A stretch of DNA of 63,838 nucleotides, the filler included, from Parasitella parasitica NRRL 2501 (taxonomy: Eukaryota; Fungi; Mucoromycota): assembly GCA_025201805.1 (NCBI GenBank). It is 8 parts of 8 records of this genome, joined end to end, with 100 filler letters (N's around TTAATTAATTAA, not from the genome) between each part and the next. Parts side by side here need not be neighbours in the genome. Positions count along the whole stretch, not along the records: positions 19,619 to 42,006 come from MU619455.1; positions 42,107 to 44,658 come from MU619326.1; positions 44,759 to 52,031 come from MU619242.1; 5 more parts are not named here. One strand, given 5' to 3'. Each line of letters opens with the position of its first letter. Position 1 is the first letter of the stretch. A program made the position numbers and the translations under genes. A model generated the notes under the pieces. The model searched no databases and was not told the DNA's origin. It worked only from the letters and a program-made list of their open reading frames with translations. This document shows, piece by piece, positions 37,301-47,102 of this stretch.

Positions 37301-39365
37301 TTAAAAAGCTTTTTCTTGGTGCAATGCATCTTTTTTGTCCTCTTTGATAGCGACAACATTATCAAGATGAGATTCTTCGTCACTTTTATAAAGTAAACCA
37401 GCCTTCTCTTGCTCATCGAGCCACTTTTTGTAGCGACGCTCCTCTTCCTCTTCACGCCATTCCTCACCGCGGAAAGATCCCTCCACACGAGCCATGACAC
37501 AGCACCCGAGGCAATTACCAAGGACATTTATAGAAGTACGAGCCATATCCATGATGGCGTCGACACCCATGATCATCAAGACGGCCTCAAAAGGGATATC
37601 ATATTGAGCCAATGTACCTGACAAAACGACCAATGAAGCACGAGGGATAGCGGCAACACCCTTTGAAGACAGCATAAGTGTCCCCATTATAGAGAGCTGG
37701 GTACTGATGGGTAGATTTAAACCAGAGGCCTGAGCACAGAAAATGGTAGCCAAGGATAGATAAAGTGTAGTGCCATCAAGGTTGAAAGAATAGCCGCTGT
37801 TTCAAAAGATGAATATATAATATATGAGGAAAAAAGAAAGTTCGAAAATGACGGTGCAATAGTGCTGCTTCTTACCAAGGAATAACGAAACCAGTAAGAG
37901 CATTTGTACAACCAAATTCACGCATTCTCTCAAAGGCCAATGGAAGTGCAGATTCGCTTGAGGCCGAACTGAATGCGAGTAACCAAGGCTGTGCCATGGC
38001 TTTAAAGAACCCTATCACGGGAATCTTTGCAATCAACATGATGGGCAGCAGGACAATAATCAAGAAGATGACCAGAGAAGCATACACGCAACCAATCAGT
38101 TTACCAAGGTTAGCCAAAACACTAATGCCGTTTGCGCCAACGGTGGCAGCCAAAGCAGCACCAATGCCAATGGGAGCATCTACATGTATGAAATTTTGAC
38201 TATGTAAGTATAAATGCAATGAAATTAAATGTGTGTGTGTGTGTTTTTTTACAATTCATGACCAAGCCAACAAATTTGAACATGACCTATGGTATTGGAG
38301 AGTTAGCCGTTTGTATTATGCAGAGATATGCACGGTGTCATGTACCTGGGAGAGCGCCTCGTTAATTTTCAACATGACTCTTTTGCTTTCTTTATCAGCT
38401 TTCATCATGGAACAAGCAAACATAACGGCACAAAACACAATCGCCAGCACTTTGTTGTCAACAGCAGCTTTAAAGAAGCTTTCTGGAATGATCAAGAACA
38501 TTTCGTTTGCCCATGTAATCGACGTATTTTCTTTGTCAGCCAGTTCCTTTACAGAAGACGTGTCTTGACCCACAGGCAGGACAACGCCATTACCTGGCTT
38601 CACCAGATTTGCCATAATGAGGCCAATAGCAAGCGCTAGTGTTGTAACCACTTCGAAATACTAGTGAAAAATACCAGGTNNNNNNNNNNNNNNNNNNNNN
38701 NNNNNNNNNNNNNNNNNNNNNNNNNNNNNNNNNNNNNNNNNNNNNNNNNNNNNNNNNNNNNNNNNNNNNNNNNNNNNNNNNNNNNNNNNNNNNNNNNNNA
38801 AAAAAAAAAAAAAAAAAAAAACTTGATTTTTTGCACTTACAATTATGGTCTTGATGGCCAGTTTACCAACCTTTCCGATATCGTCGCCATGACCTGCAAT
38901 ACCAATTACAAGAACACTGAACACCAGAGGTACAATGATGATTTTGATCATCATGATGAAAGCATCTCCGAGAGGCTTGATCTCTTTGCCAGCCGCAGGA
39001 GCGAATTGACCAATTAACACTCCAACGATCATGGCAGTAATAATCCAGAAAGTCAAATTAGTTCTGCGTTGCAAGAAACGGATGGCTAGGACGATGGGAG
39101 AAATGGCAATCTGGAAAGCTGAGCCGATACTTTGGCCCGCATTGGCTAAACGAGGACTATAGCCCACATTATCGACGACAGGGATACGCAAATGTTCAGG
39201 CATTTTTCTTTCACGCTCATCACGCTCGCGCTGGCGGTGTATGGAAGAAGTATCATCTCGAAAGGGCGGCTGGACATTTTCAGTAAAAGAACCGGCTACA
39301 ATCTTGTCATCAGAGCAAGTGTCGTGATTGTGAGGAGCACGCTTGTGAGCAGTGATTTCGTCCAT
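37301..39365 (-). CDS. dicarboxylate/amino acid:cation symporter (SDF/DAACS, GltP/DctA-like), multi-exon
   Basis: PLGDAFIMMIKIIIVPLVFSVLVIGIA, YFEVVTTLAL, AFSSASSESALP, GYSFNLDGTTLY, MLSSKGVAAIPRASLVVL, GVDAIMDMARTSINVLGN. Confidence 0.92.
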
Positions 39366-39881
39366 GTTGTTTTTTTTTGGGAGAGTTATGAAAGAGGGAG
39401 GTGAAGGATAGTCGTTGTGCTGATTTGTTTCGTTTTTATATTCTGACCCTTTGTTCTGTGCAGTTTTTCTCAGGATTGTCGTTTAGTGTTACGTAGATCC
39501 GAAAGTACAAATCTAAAATGTTATCTTTGGTTGGCACCATTATCTCTTGTGTAAAATAGACTCGAACGAACCAAGCGGGTATACAATATATAAGGCGTCT
39601 TCGTACATCTGCATTGAAATTAATTTGGGATATATTGAAATATGCCATTTACTCGTTTTTTTTTTCTTTTGAATGCATACCAAAATATGCTGGCATGTTT
39701 TGGCTCTCACAAAATCATCTTCAAGGGCAGAAAACAGCAAACCCGCATCACCTGTTATAGACGAACCCGTAACAAAATTCCGTTGTTGAACAATGCTATA
39801 CAACTTAACGAACCAGGCTCAGTTTTTCGTTCTCACATGTACATACTTCTTGATCTGTCATAGTCCCATTTTTTAAGTTGT

Positions 39882-41399
39882 GTGATACAAAGATGCTATG
39901 CTATATTTTCAGATAAATACGATGGGATAATGGCTCTTTCCGACAAACAAACATTGACTACAGGAAGGAATCTCATTGGTGGAAACACTGGAGATTCTCG
40001 CCATAACCCAAACAAACAAAAAGACCCAATGCGCTCATACGCACAGGTAATCAAGTCTAATCAAGCAAGGGATTGCTTTGATTTAGGACGCAGGACAGCA
40101 GCTGAAATAGGAGAACTGTCTGAGGGTGGAAAACTGTACATCCACGCCAAGGATAAAAACTCCATAGTAATTGACGGTGCTCAGTTTACTGAGGCAAATG
40201 TCAATTTTAAGGAACTCGGCGTTCTACTTCGGGAGCAATACCCGGAAGCACTTGGACTTCGCATTCGTAATGCAACCAAAGGCACTCACTACTTCGAAAT
40301 CAATTTTCGTACAGCAGCAGCCAGGGAAGAGGCCCTGAAGAAAGATTTTGCCTACAAAGACAAGAAGGTGACTGTCAGTCGAACCTTCCCCAAGGATGCT
40401 ACTATCATTCGAGTTAGTATCAGTGATCTACCCTTTGAGGACGAGGCCATCCTCAAGGAACATATGAGCGATATCTTTAAATACCATGGTGAAATTCTGG
40501 AAATGGGTCTACTGTACACTGTACATGGTCACTGGTTCACCGGTCGAGGCTTTGTTACTTTGAACAGACTGCCGGGAAAGGACTATAAGGATTTGACACC
40601 TCAAATGGAATCTTGGGACGATAATGAAAATCTAACGCTCACGTACACTAACATGAAGCCTAGTTGTAGTCGCTGTCATGTCACCGATCATGTCTTCGGT
40701 AACTGCCCCACAATGATACGTAAGATGAAGAAATGTTACATTTGTGGTCACTCTGATCATTTGCAAGCTGGCTGCCCAGAGGCTTGGTGGAACCTCAACA
40801 AGATGGCTAAAAAGATTGCCAAACGTAATGCAGCCCATAAGTCGCCCAATCAGCCAAGTACTCCTGATGACACCACGATTATCAAGGAATCTGCCAATTC
40901 TGCTGCTCCCTCTCAGATAGCCGCTAAAGACGACTCGCCAACTATCGTCCAGCAGATTGAGGGGTCTACCTCAGAGCATGAAGGACCGTCGAAGGTTGCT
41001 GACGGTACGACTTCTACCCAGGCCGATCTGGTGGTAGATCACCATGATGCCCTGGGAGCCCCCGACCAAATTGACCCGGCTCTCCCGGAGAGTAGCAATG
41101 ATGCCCACCATCAGGAGGAAAGAGAAGATATGTCTGATGCCGACATGGGCTCTGATGTTGATGATAGCGACTTGGACATGTTTGAAGCTGCCAAGGAAGC
41201 TGAAGAGACCAATGTCTCTATTGAACAAGTTCTGGCCAAACAACGTCTGCTGCTCAAGAAGGCCAAAAACAAGAAGCAGAAAACGATCAAACAGATGAAA
41301 GGTAACAAGGCGTTGGGCCATTCCAGTTTTGGGGCTCGCGTAAGTGGTGGGGTTGCTAAGGGGCAGAAGCAATCCACCAACACTTCTTTAACGTTATAA
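39882..41399 (+). CDS. LINE (L1/Tx1-like) ORF1 gag-like protein with two CCHC knuckles
   Basis: CSRCHVTDHVFGNC and CYICGHSDHLQAGC after an RRM-like region. The true start is probably a downstream ATG. Confidence 0.85.
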   Translation: MIQRCYAIFSDKYDGIMALSDKQTLTTGRNLIGGNTGDSRHNPNKQKDPMRSYAQVIKSNQARDCFDLGRRTAAEIGELSEGGKLYIHAKDKNSIVIDGAQFTEANVNFKELGVLLREQYPEALGLRIRNATKGTHYFEINFRTAAAREEALKKDFAYKDKKVTVSRTFPKDATIIRVSISDLPFEDEAILKEHMSDIFKYHGEILEMGLLYTVHGHWFTGRGFVTLNRLPGKDYKDLTPQMESWDDNENLTLTYTNMKPSCSRCHVTDHVFGNCPTMIRKMKKCYICGHSDHLQAGCPEAWWNLNKMAKKIAKRNAAHKSPNQPSTPDDTTIIKESANSAAPSQIAAKDDSPTIVQQIEGSTSEHEGPSKVADGTTSTQADLVVDHHDALGAPDQIDPALPESSNDAHHQEEREDMSDADMGSDVDDSDLDMFEAAKEAEETNVSIEQVLAKQRLLLKKAKNKKQKTIKQMKGNKALGHSSFGARVSGGVAKGQKQSTNTSLTL

Positions 41400-41405
41400 T
41401 TATTA

Positions 41406-42006
41406 TGAGTAATCATAATAATTATAGCCAAACCTAGAATATCAAATTTGGATCACTTAATTGTAGATATCTACTCAAAGTCAACAATCCCCAATTATCT
41501 GATTCTTTTATTCGGTATTTGAGGTTGCAAAAATTTGACATTTTTGCCTGCCAAGAAACCCATATACCCTCACTACACTTTGAAGATCGGACAGCCATGC
41601 TCAACATGAAATTCCAATCTTATCAAAGCTTATGGACATCCCAATGTGGATTATTGAATTTTAACAAGAATATCAACATGGAAAAAATACACTCCTCCAA
41701 TGATGGTAGATTTATATTGGCGAAATTATCGGTACCTGCAGAGCCAAACTTTTTGCCTATATACGTACTCAACGTATATGCACCTGCGGATACTATACAA
41801 AACAAAACCGTTTTTTACAACAATTTGATAGCATATCTCAAATCGCTAGATAATTATGGTGATATACTGGAACGTATGATTCTTGCTGGTGATTTCAATT
41901 TTCAGTATGATTTACGATTGCCTGGCAACACACCTAGCAAGCAACCAACAGCATTTGTGAACTTTACAGATTCATTTCTGCATGACTGCAACAACAATTA
42001 CAGCGA
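41406..42006 (+). pseudogene. LINE ORF2 5' part (APE endonuclease), early stop, cut by gap
   Basis: MSNHNNYSQT*NIKFGSLNCRYL...DIFACQETH...GRFI...LNVYAPA...ILAGDFN. Confidence 0.85.
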
Positions 42007-42106
42007 NNNNNNNNNNNNNNNNNNNNNNNNNNNNNNNNNNNNNNNNNNNNTTAATTAATTAANNNNNNNNNNNNNNNNNNNNNNNNNNNNNNNNNNNNNN
42101 NNNNNN

Positions 42107-42400
42107 CTCTGTTTGTCCCTCCTCTGCTACAATCTTTTTTCTATGCACGATGCGAGGGCATCCATGTTGTCATTGATCTTCCTTAATAGCCATATGCATC
42201 CCCTCCACCACCCTGACCATCCTAGATGTCATCGTTGGTCTGAGATATCTTTTGCTTCCTTTTTTTCTTTTCGGACATAGTTCCTGATCCCAACCTTTTT
42301 GTTTCCCAATGCTTGCAATAATGATCAAAAGATCGAATGCAATATAGCATTTGTTTTATTAATTCTTTACTTCATATTAATAAACATCCTAAATTTTCGC
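42107..42400 (+). mobile_element. 3' end of an upstream retroelement copy in the tRNA-Ala-type tandem array
   Basis: Pyrimidine-rich segment ending TGATCA..GAT..AATGCA...AATAAA, then the CTGAGCTACATCCCC junction. Same layout as 44280-44352. Confidence 0.5.
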
Positions 42401-42415
42401 CTGAGCTACATCCCC

Positions 42416-44338
42416 ATCTTTCTTTCGTCTAAACAATTTTTTGTCTAAATTTTAAAACTTTGAAAATTTTTTCATCAAGTTGAATAGCCCATTCTCTACT
42501 TTTTTCTTGATTCAAGCTTACCATCATTGCCTCCATCGAGAAAATTTCTTCTTCTACTACGGCTTCTCCTGGTCTGAAACGACCTGTATCCTCACTCTCT
42601 CCTCCGCTTTTTGCTTTCGATCTATCTCAACAGATCAAATCTAAACGTTCTTCTCTCTCTCCTAGAGAATCCCTATTTGCGTCCATGGTCAATACTTTCG
42701 ACTCACCCCCGGATTTGTTTGACTTTGGACCTACCCAACCGCCTTCTGCCTCGTCTGAGGGCGATTTGAACATTGCTTCCTTTGTTATCGAGGTTCGCAA
42801 TCGTTTGAGTCGTCTAGAGGCTGCTCACGCTGAGATTTCTCGGCTCCGAGCAGCTCTAGCAGAATCAGAGTCTGATAGAAAGGCTCTTCAAGCCCAACTG
42901 TCTCGTCTGTCTGTTTCTTCTGTTTCTCGTTCTGCTGCTGCTCCTCCAGCCCCACTAAAAGCTGCCTCTTTTGCTTCGGTTACTGCTGCTGCTGCTGCTA
43001 CTGCTACTCCTACTTCTTCTGCTTCCGCTTCCGCTGTTTCTGCTGTCTCTGTTTCTTCTGTTTCTGTCCCCTCTGCTGCCTCTGGTAACAAAAGAAAGAA
43101 AAAACCTGCTGCTCCTCCTCCCTCCATCAAAAAGGCTGCTGCCACAGTCACTCGTTTGTTTGGAAAGCAATCTGATATCCCCTCAGGATATCAGTTTGTA
43201 TATTATGCTATCTCTCGTCGCCGGCCTCTGCAAGAGATGCGCCGAATTCTCCAGGGTATCAAACTGAACAATTCCCGCATCTTGGATATTCAGTATCCCA
43301 CGCCACATGTCATCTCCTACCTCGTCCACAATGACTATGCTCTCACTTTCACCAGTGGGATGCATTTGAATGGTCGTGGCTGCTCCCCCCTCTCCGACTT
43401 CGATCCATGCGATCCAAAAAATCTGCTGGATCCAAAGTATGCCTCTCTGTCTCCTTCTCTTCGTGCTGAAAAAGCAGTAGAGGTTGAAAATCTTCGTTGT
43501 CTTCGTGCTCTGTCGTTTGTTCGTCGTTCGGTTCGTCTCTCTGTTGCTCGCTCGTTTCTGTATTACGAACGTATTACACAGAAACGGTACGATGCTATTC
43601 TTGCTGAGGAATTGTCTGCTCGTGCTGCTGCCGCCCCTGCCAAAACTCTGTCTCCCTCCGATGCCCAGGATCGCCTGGCAAAGAAACAGCGTCTCAGTTA
43701 TCTCCATAACTTGCTTTTCTTTGACCCTGCCACTGCCAAAACATTGGCATATACTGCGTCCCCGGTTCTCTCTGCTTCTTCTCCTGCTGCAGACACGGTA
43801 ATGCCAGAAATCTCTGGTGTTTGATCGTGTTTGGTAGGTTAAGTATTGTCTCTTTGTCTCCCTCCTTGTTTCTGCCCGCCCGTCTGCTCTCTTTGTTCTT
43901 TTCTTTTTCTTATCCTACCTGGTCTTTGCTTTCTCGTCTCCTTCTTTCTTTACACTACAGGTGTATAGAATCTGCCTCTCCTTTTTTCTCGTCTTTTTGT
44001 GTTTTCCCTGGTTGCGTCTGTTGGTTTTGTTTGTGCTGCTGTATGCCGGTCGAGGTCTCCTCTATTGCACCGTGCTCATACACCACAGCTTCTCTCTCAG
44101 CCTTCCTTCTTCCCTGCCGCCCGACCCCTCTCTCCTGAAATTACAAGTTTTTCCAGTTTCTTGACTTACGATTGGCCTCGCATTTCCTTTTCAGGTAACA
44201 TTCCGATGTTACCTGACTGGATCTGTCATCTTAAGTTTTAAACTTTTTTATTGTAATAGATTCTCTTAGTATAGCAAATTTATGATCATACCGATTAATG
44301 CAGAAAATACTAATGTAAATAAAAACCAAACCTTTCAA
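42416..44338 (+). mobile_element. ORF1-only non-autonomous non-LTR retroelement (~1.9 kb) bounded by CTGAGCTACATCCC direct repeats
   Basis: Single ORF 42685-43824 (frame open from 42511), homologous to the ORF1 C-terminal domain of the LINE at 47099-49270. No RT. 3' UTR has a hairpin and AATAAAAA. Direct repeats at 42401-42414 and 44339-44352. Confidence 0.8.
42685..43824 (+). CDS. LINE ORF1-like protein (coiled coil plus conserved C-terminal RRM-like domain)
   Basis: GYQFVYY...NSRILDIQYPTPHVISYLVHNDY...DFDPCDPKNLLDPKYASL...LRALSFVRRSVRLSVARS, matching 49744-51309 and 47099-49270. Confidence 0.8.
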   Translation: MVNTFDSPPDLFDFGPTQPPSASSEGDLNIASFVIEVRNRLSRLEAAHAEISRLRAALAESESDRKALQAQLSRLSVSSVSRSAAAPPAPLKAASFASVTAAAAATATPTSSASASAVSAVSVSSVSVPSAASGNKRKKKPAAPPPSIKKAAATVTRLFGKQSDIPSGYQFVYYAISRRRPLQEMRRILQGIKLNNSRILDIQYPTPHVISYLVHNDYALTFTSGMHLNGRGCSPLSDFDPCDPKNLLDPKYASLSPSLRAEKAVEVENLRCLRALSFVRRSVRLSVARSFLYYERITQKRYDAILAEELSARAAAAPAKTLSPSDAQDRLAKKQRLSYLHNLLFFDPATAKTLAYTASPVLSASSPAADTVMPEISGV

Positions 44339-44352
44339 CTGAGCTACATCCC

Positions 44353-44658
44353 CACCTTTCTTTCCCCTAACCAATTTTTTACCTAATTTGGAACCTCCAC
44401 TTTTTGTAAGAAATTGTATAACACTTCATCCATCCATCTTGATAAAAGCTTCATCATTGCATCCTTCGAGAAAATTAACTCATCTACCTCGTTGCCTTCA
44501 GATTCTCATTTTTCTGTTGCGTTTGATCTCGTACAACAAATAAAGTCCAAACGATCCTCAACAACATTTGGAGATCCCAAGCCCGCTCCTCCTGCCCAAA
44601 TGAATCTATCAACACCAGATATGATTGATTTCGGTGTCACTGCCCTCCCGTCTGCCTC
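44353..44658 (+). mobile_element. 5' end of a further, diverged ORF1-only-type element (cut by gap)
   Basis: Starts ACCTTTCTTTCC like 42416 and encodes IIASFEKI...AFDLVQQIKSKRS...PDMIDFG, paralogous to IIASIEKI...AFDLSQQIKSKRS...PDLFDFG. Confidence 0.75.
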
Positions 44659-44758
44659 NNNNNNNNNNNNNNNNNNNNNNNNNNNNNNNNNNNNNNNNNN
44701 NNTTAATTAATTAANNNNNNNNNNNNNNNNNNNNNNNNNNNNNNNNNNNNNNNNNNNN

Positions 44759-47102
44759 TGGCGGATTTGAGAGGATTCCATCTATAGCCCAGAGAAATTG
44801 AATGTTGCTCAGCTATATTAAGAAGTGCCTGTGTATTACGTGCATTTCCTAATATAACAACATCATCTGCAAAGAAAAGTGAGTTCAAAAGGAGTGGAGA
44901 GGGGGTATTACCGCGAGAAATTGGCTGTGGTGGTGGCATACGAATTGTTGAATATATAGCGCTATTGGCTGATGTCGGCTCAGCACGAAGAGCTTGAGCG
45001 AGCGAATTGATATAGATCAAATACAAGTGTGGAGATAGGGTAGAGCCCTGCAGAACACCTGTAATCGGATTGAAAGGAGTGGTGGAGACGTGGCCATTGA
45101 GGAGGACCTCAATTTGCACGTTATTGAACAGTAGTTGAAGTGTGGTCAGGAATGGAATATCAATGTTGACATTCTGCAATGCCTTCCATATAATATTCCT
45201 ATCGGTTGTGTCGTATGCAGATTTGATGTCTAAAAATAATAGAGTAGGAAATTCTTTGTGTTTTTGTTTATACCTGATTATTAGTTCCTGTAGGCATAGA
45301 GCCTGATCCAATGTACTTCGTTGGTGTCGAAAGCCGCCCTGTACTGGGTCTAGTGGTACGGAGCGAGGTAAGAGAACGTTGTAAAGACAGATTTCGTAAA
45401 TCTTGCGAAATGTGCAAATCAGGCTGATAGGGCGATGGTTTTTGGGATCATGCACGGGTCCTTTTTTGTAGATGGGGATAACTTGTGCATGGTTGTAGTC
45501 GGTGGGGATGATGGCAAACTTCCAACAGAGAGAGAAGAAATGGTGTAATACAGGTGAGATAAGATCAGTTATTGGTTTGAGCATCTCTGACTTGATATGA
45601 TCAAATCCAGGAGCTTTGTTGGTGGGTAGGCATTTGATAGCGTACGCCACGTCGTCAGAATCAAACAAGATGGGCAGATCAAAGCCCTCGTCAGACAATG
45701 GGAACTGAGTCGGCACCTGTTCGACCGCTGGATTGATATACTTACCATCGTAAGTGTCTTGCCAAGAGGTAGTGATTGTGTCGACAGCCGTTTGGGGACC
45801 ATCTACATGTTGGAATACGCTGCTAGCTAAACGGCTTTTGCTGCGTTTAATGTGCTTGATCTTGTTGGCTGCCTTACTGAATTCAGAGGTGGATAACTTG
45901 TCACAGAATTGTTTGAAATAAAAGCGCTTAGTTTTATCGATGATGGAGCGAACAATATCTGCTGCTTCTTGAAACTGTTTCCAAAATAAAATTTTGTTGA
46001 ATCGGTTAGCATATTTCCATTTTTTGTACAAACGCTCTCGTCGATGGCAAGCATCTGCTAGTTCTTGTGTATAAAACCATTTCCAGGTTTTTGGGCGCGG
46101 TGAGTGTCGCTGTATTGTTGCATCTAAAGAGCTATGGATTATGTCAATCAGGTTAGTATTTAAACGATCAATATGTTCTTGTTTCTGTTGATGACCCGGC
46201 ATATAGGACAAAATGGTTGGATCCACAAGCTGTAAAAATTCATCCAGACGTGAACGAATATGGTTACGGTATTGACGAATGTGGTCAAGATGGCGATTAG
46301 GGTGCTCTTGCGATGGCTTGAACTTGTTTAGGTTCCATAAGAAACGTGGATGGACATTTGTGATAGGCGGTGGATCGAAATCATGAGGTAATTCAAAATG
46401 AACCATCTTATGATCTGATCCTAAATAGACGTCAGTTGTGATAGACATAGAGATACCCTCCATATCAAACGGATGTGTGCTCATAAAAAAGTCGATAATG
46501 CTGGTTTTGTCAATAGGATTTGCTTCAGTGCCCTTGATGTACGTAGGCACACCAAAAGCATGGTCAACATTGTGCAAAGTAAGGCAATGAGTGTGAAGAA
46601 AATCTAAGAACGGTTGATTTCGACCATTTTGACGCTTATCGCCAATATAGTCGCCAAGGCGCGTATTGAAATCGCCACAAAGTAAGACATGTTCAAATTC
46701 ATAGTTGGCGGCATAATGTTCTAATGAATCACTTAGTAGATCAAAACAGGCTTGATCGTCTAGGGAAGGAGGTAAGTATGTACATAGGATGAGATAATTT
46801 TGGCATTGACAGGGGAGGATGAACTTGGACTCTTGATAGATGGGTAGAGGAAGGACTGTATATTGGAAAGAAGGGTTGATGAGTAGCGAGATACCAAATT
46901 GTCCTCGGCGAGCCCTGTCAACGCCAATGCCAAAATTGTGGATTTGGGTCCATGTCGTAGGTAAAGAGCGTTGTGGTAAAAGCCATGTTTCAGTAATAAA
47001 AAAAAGATTAGTTTGCATAGGTAAATTGTCAAAAATAAAATCCATAGTTTCGCTTGTGATGCCCTGGGCATTCCACAAGGTAATGCCTAAAGATTTACTC
47101 AT
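44759..47102 (-). CDS. LINE ORF2: APE endonuclease plus reverse transcriptase (3' end in gap)
   Basis: WNAQG, ITETWL, LCGDFNTR, IIDFF and SDHKMV (APE). KAPGFD, NHRPISL, QGGFR, FLDIKSAYD, GVLQGSTLSP and FFADDVV (RT). Uninterrupted up to the gap. Confidence 0.95.

Noticed and set aside
42888-44241. Multiple overlapping antisense and alternative-frame ORFs (also around 47.8-51.1 kb)
   Set aside because: Shadow ORFs caused by low-complexity GCT/TCT-rich coding and CT-rich UTR sequence.
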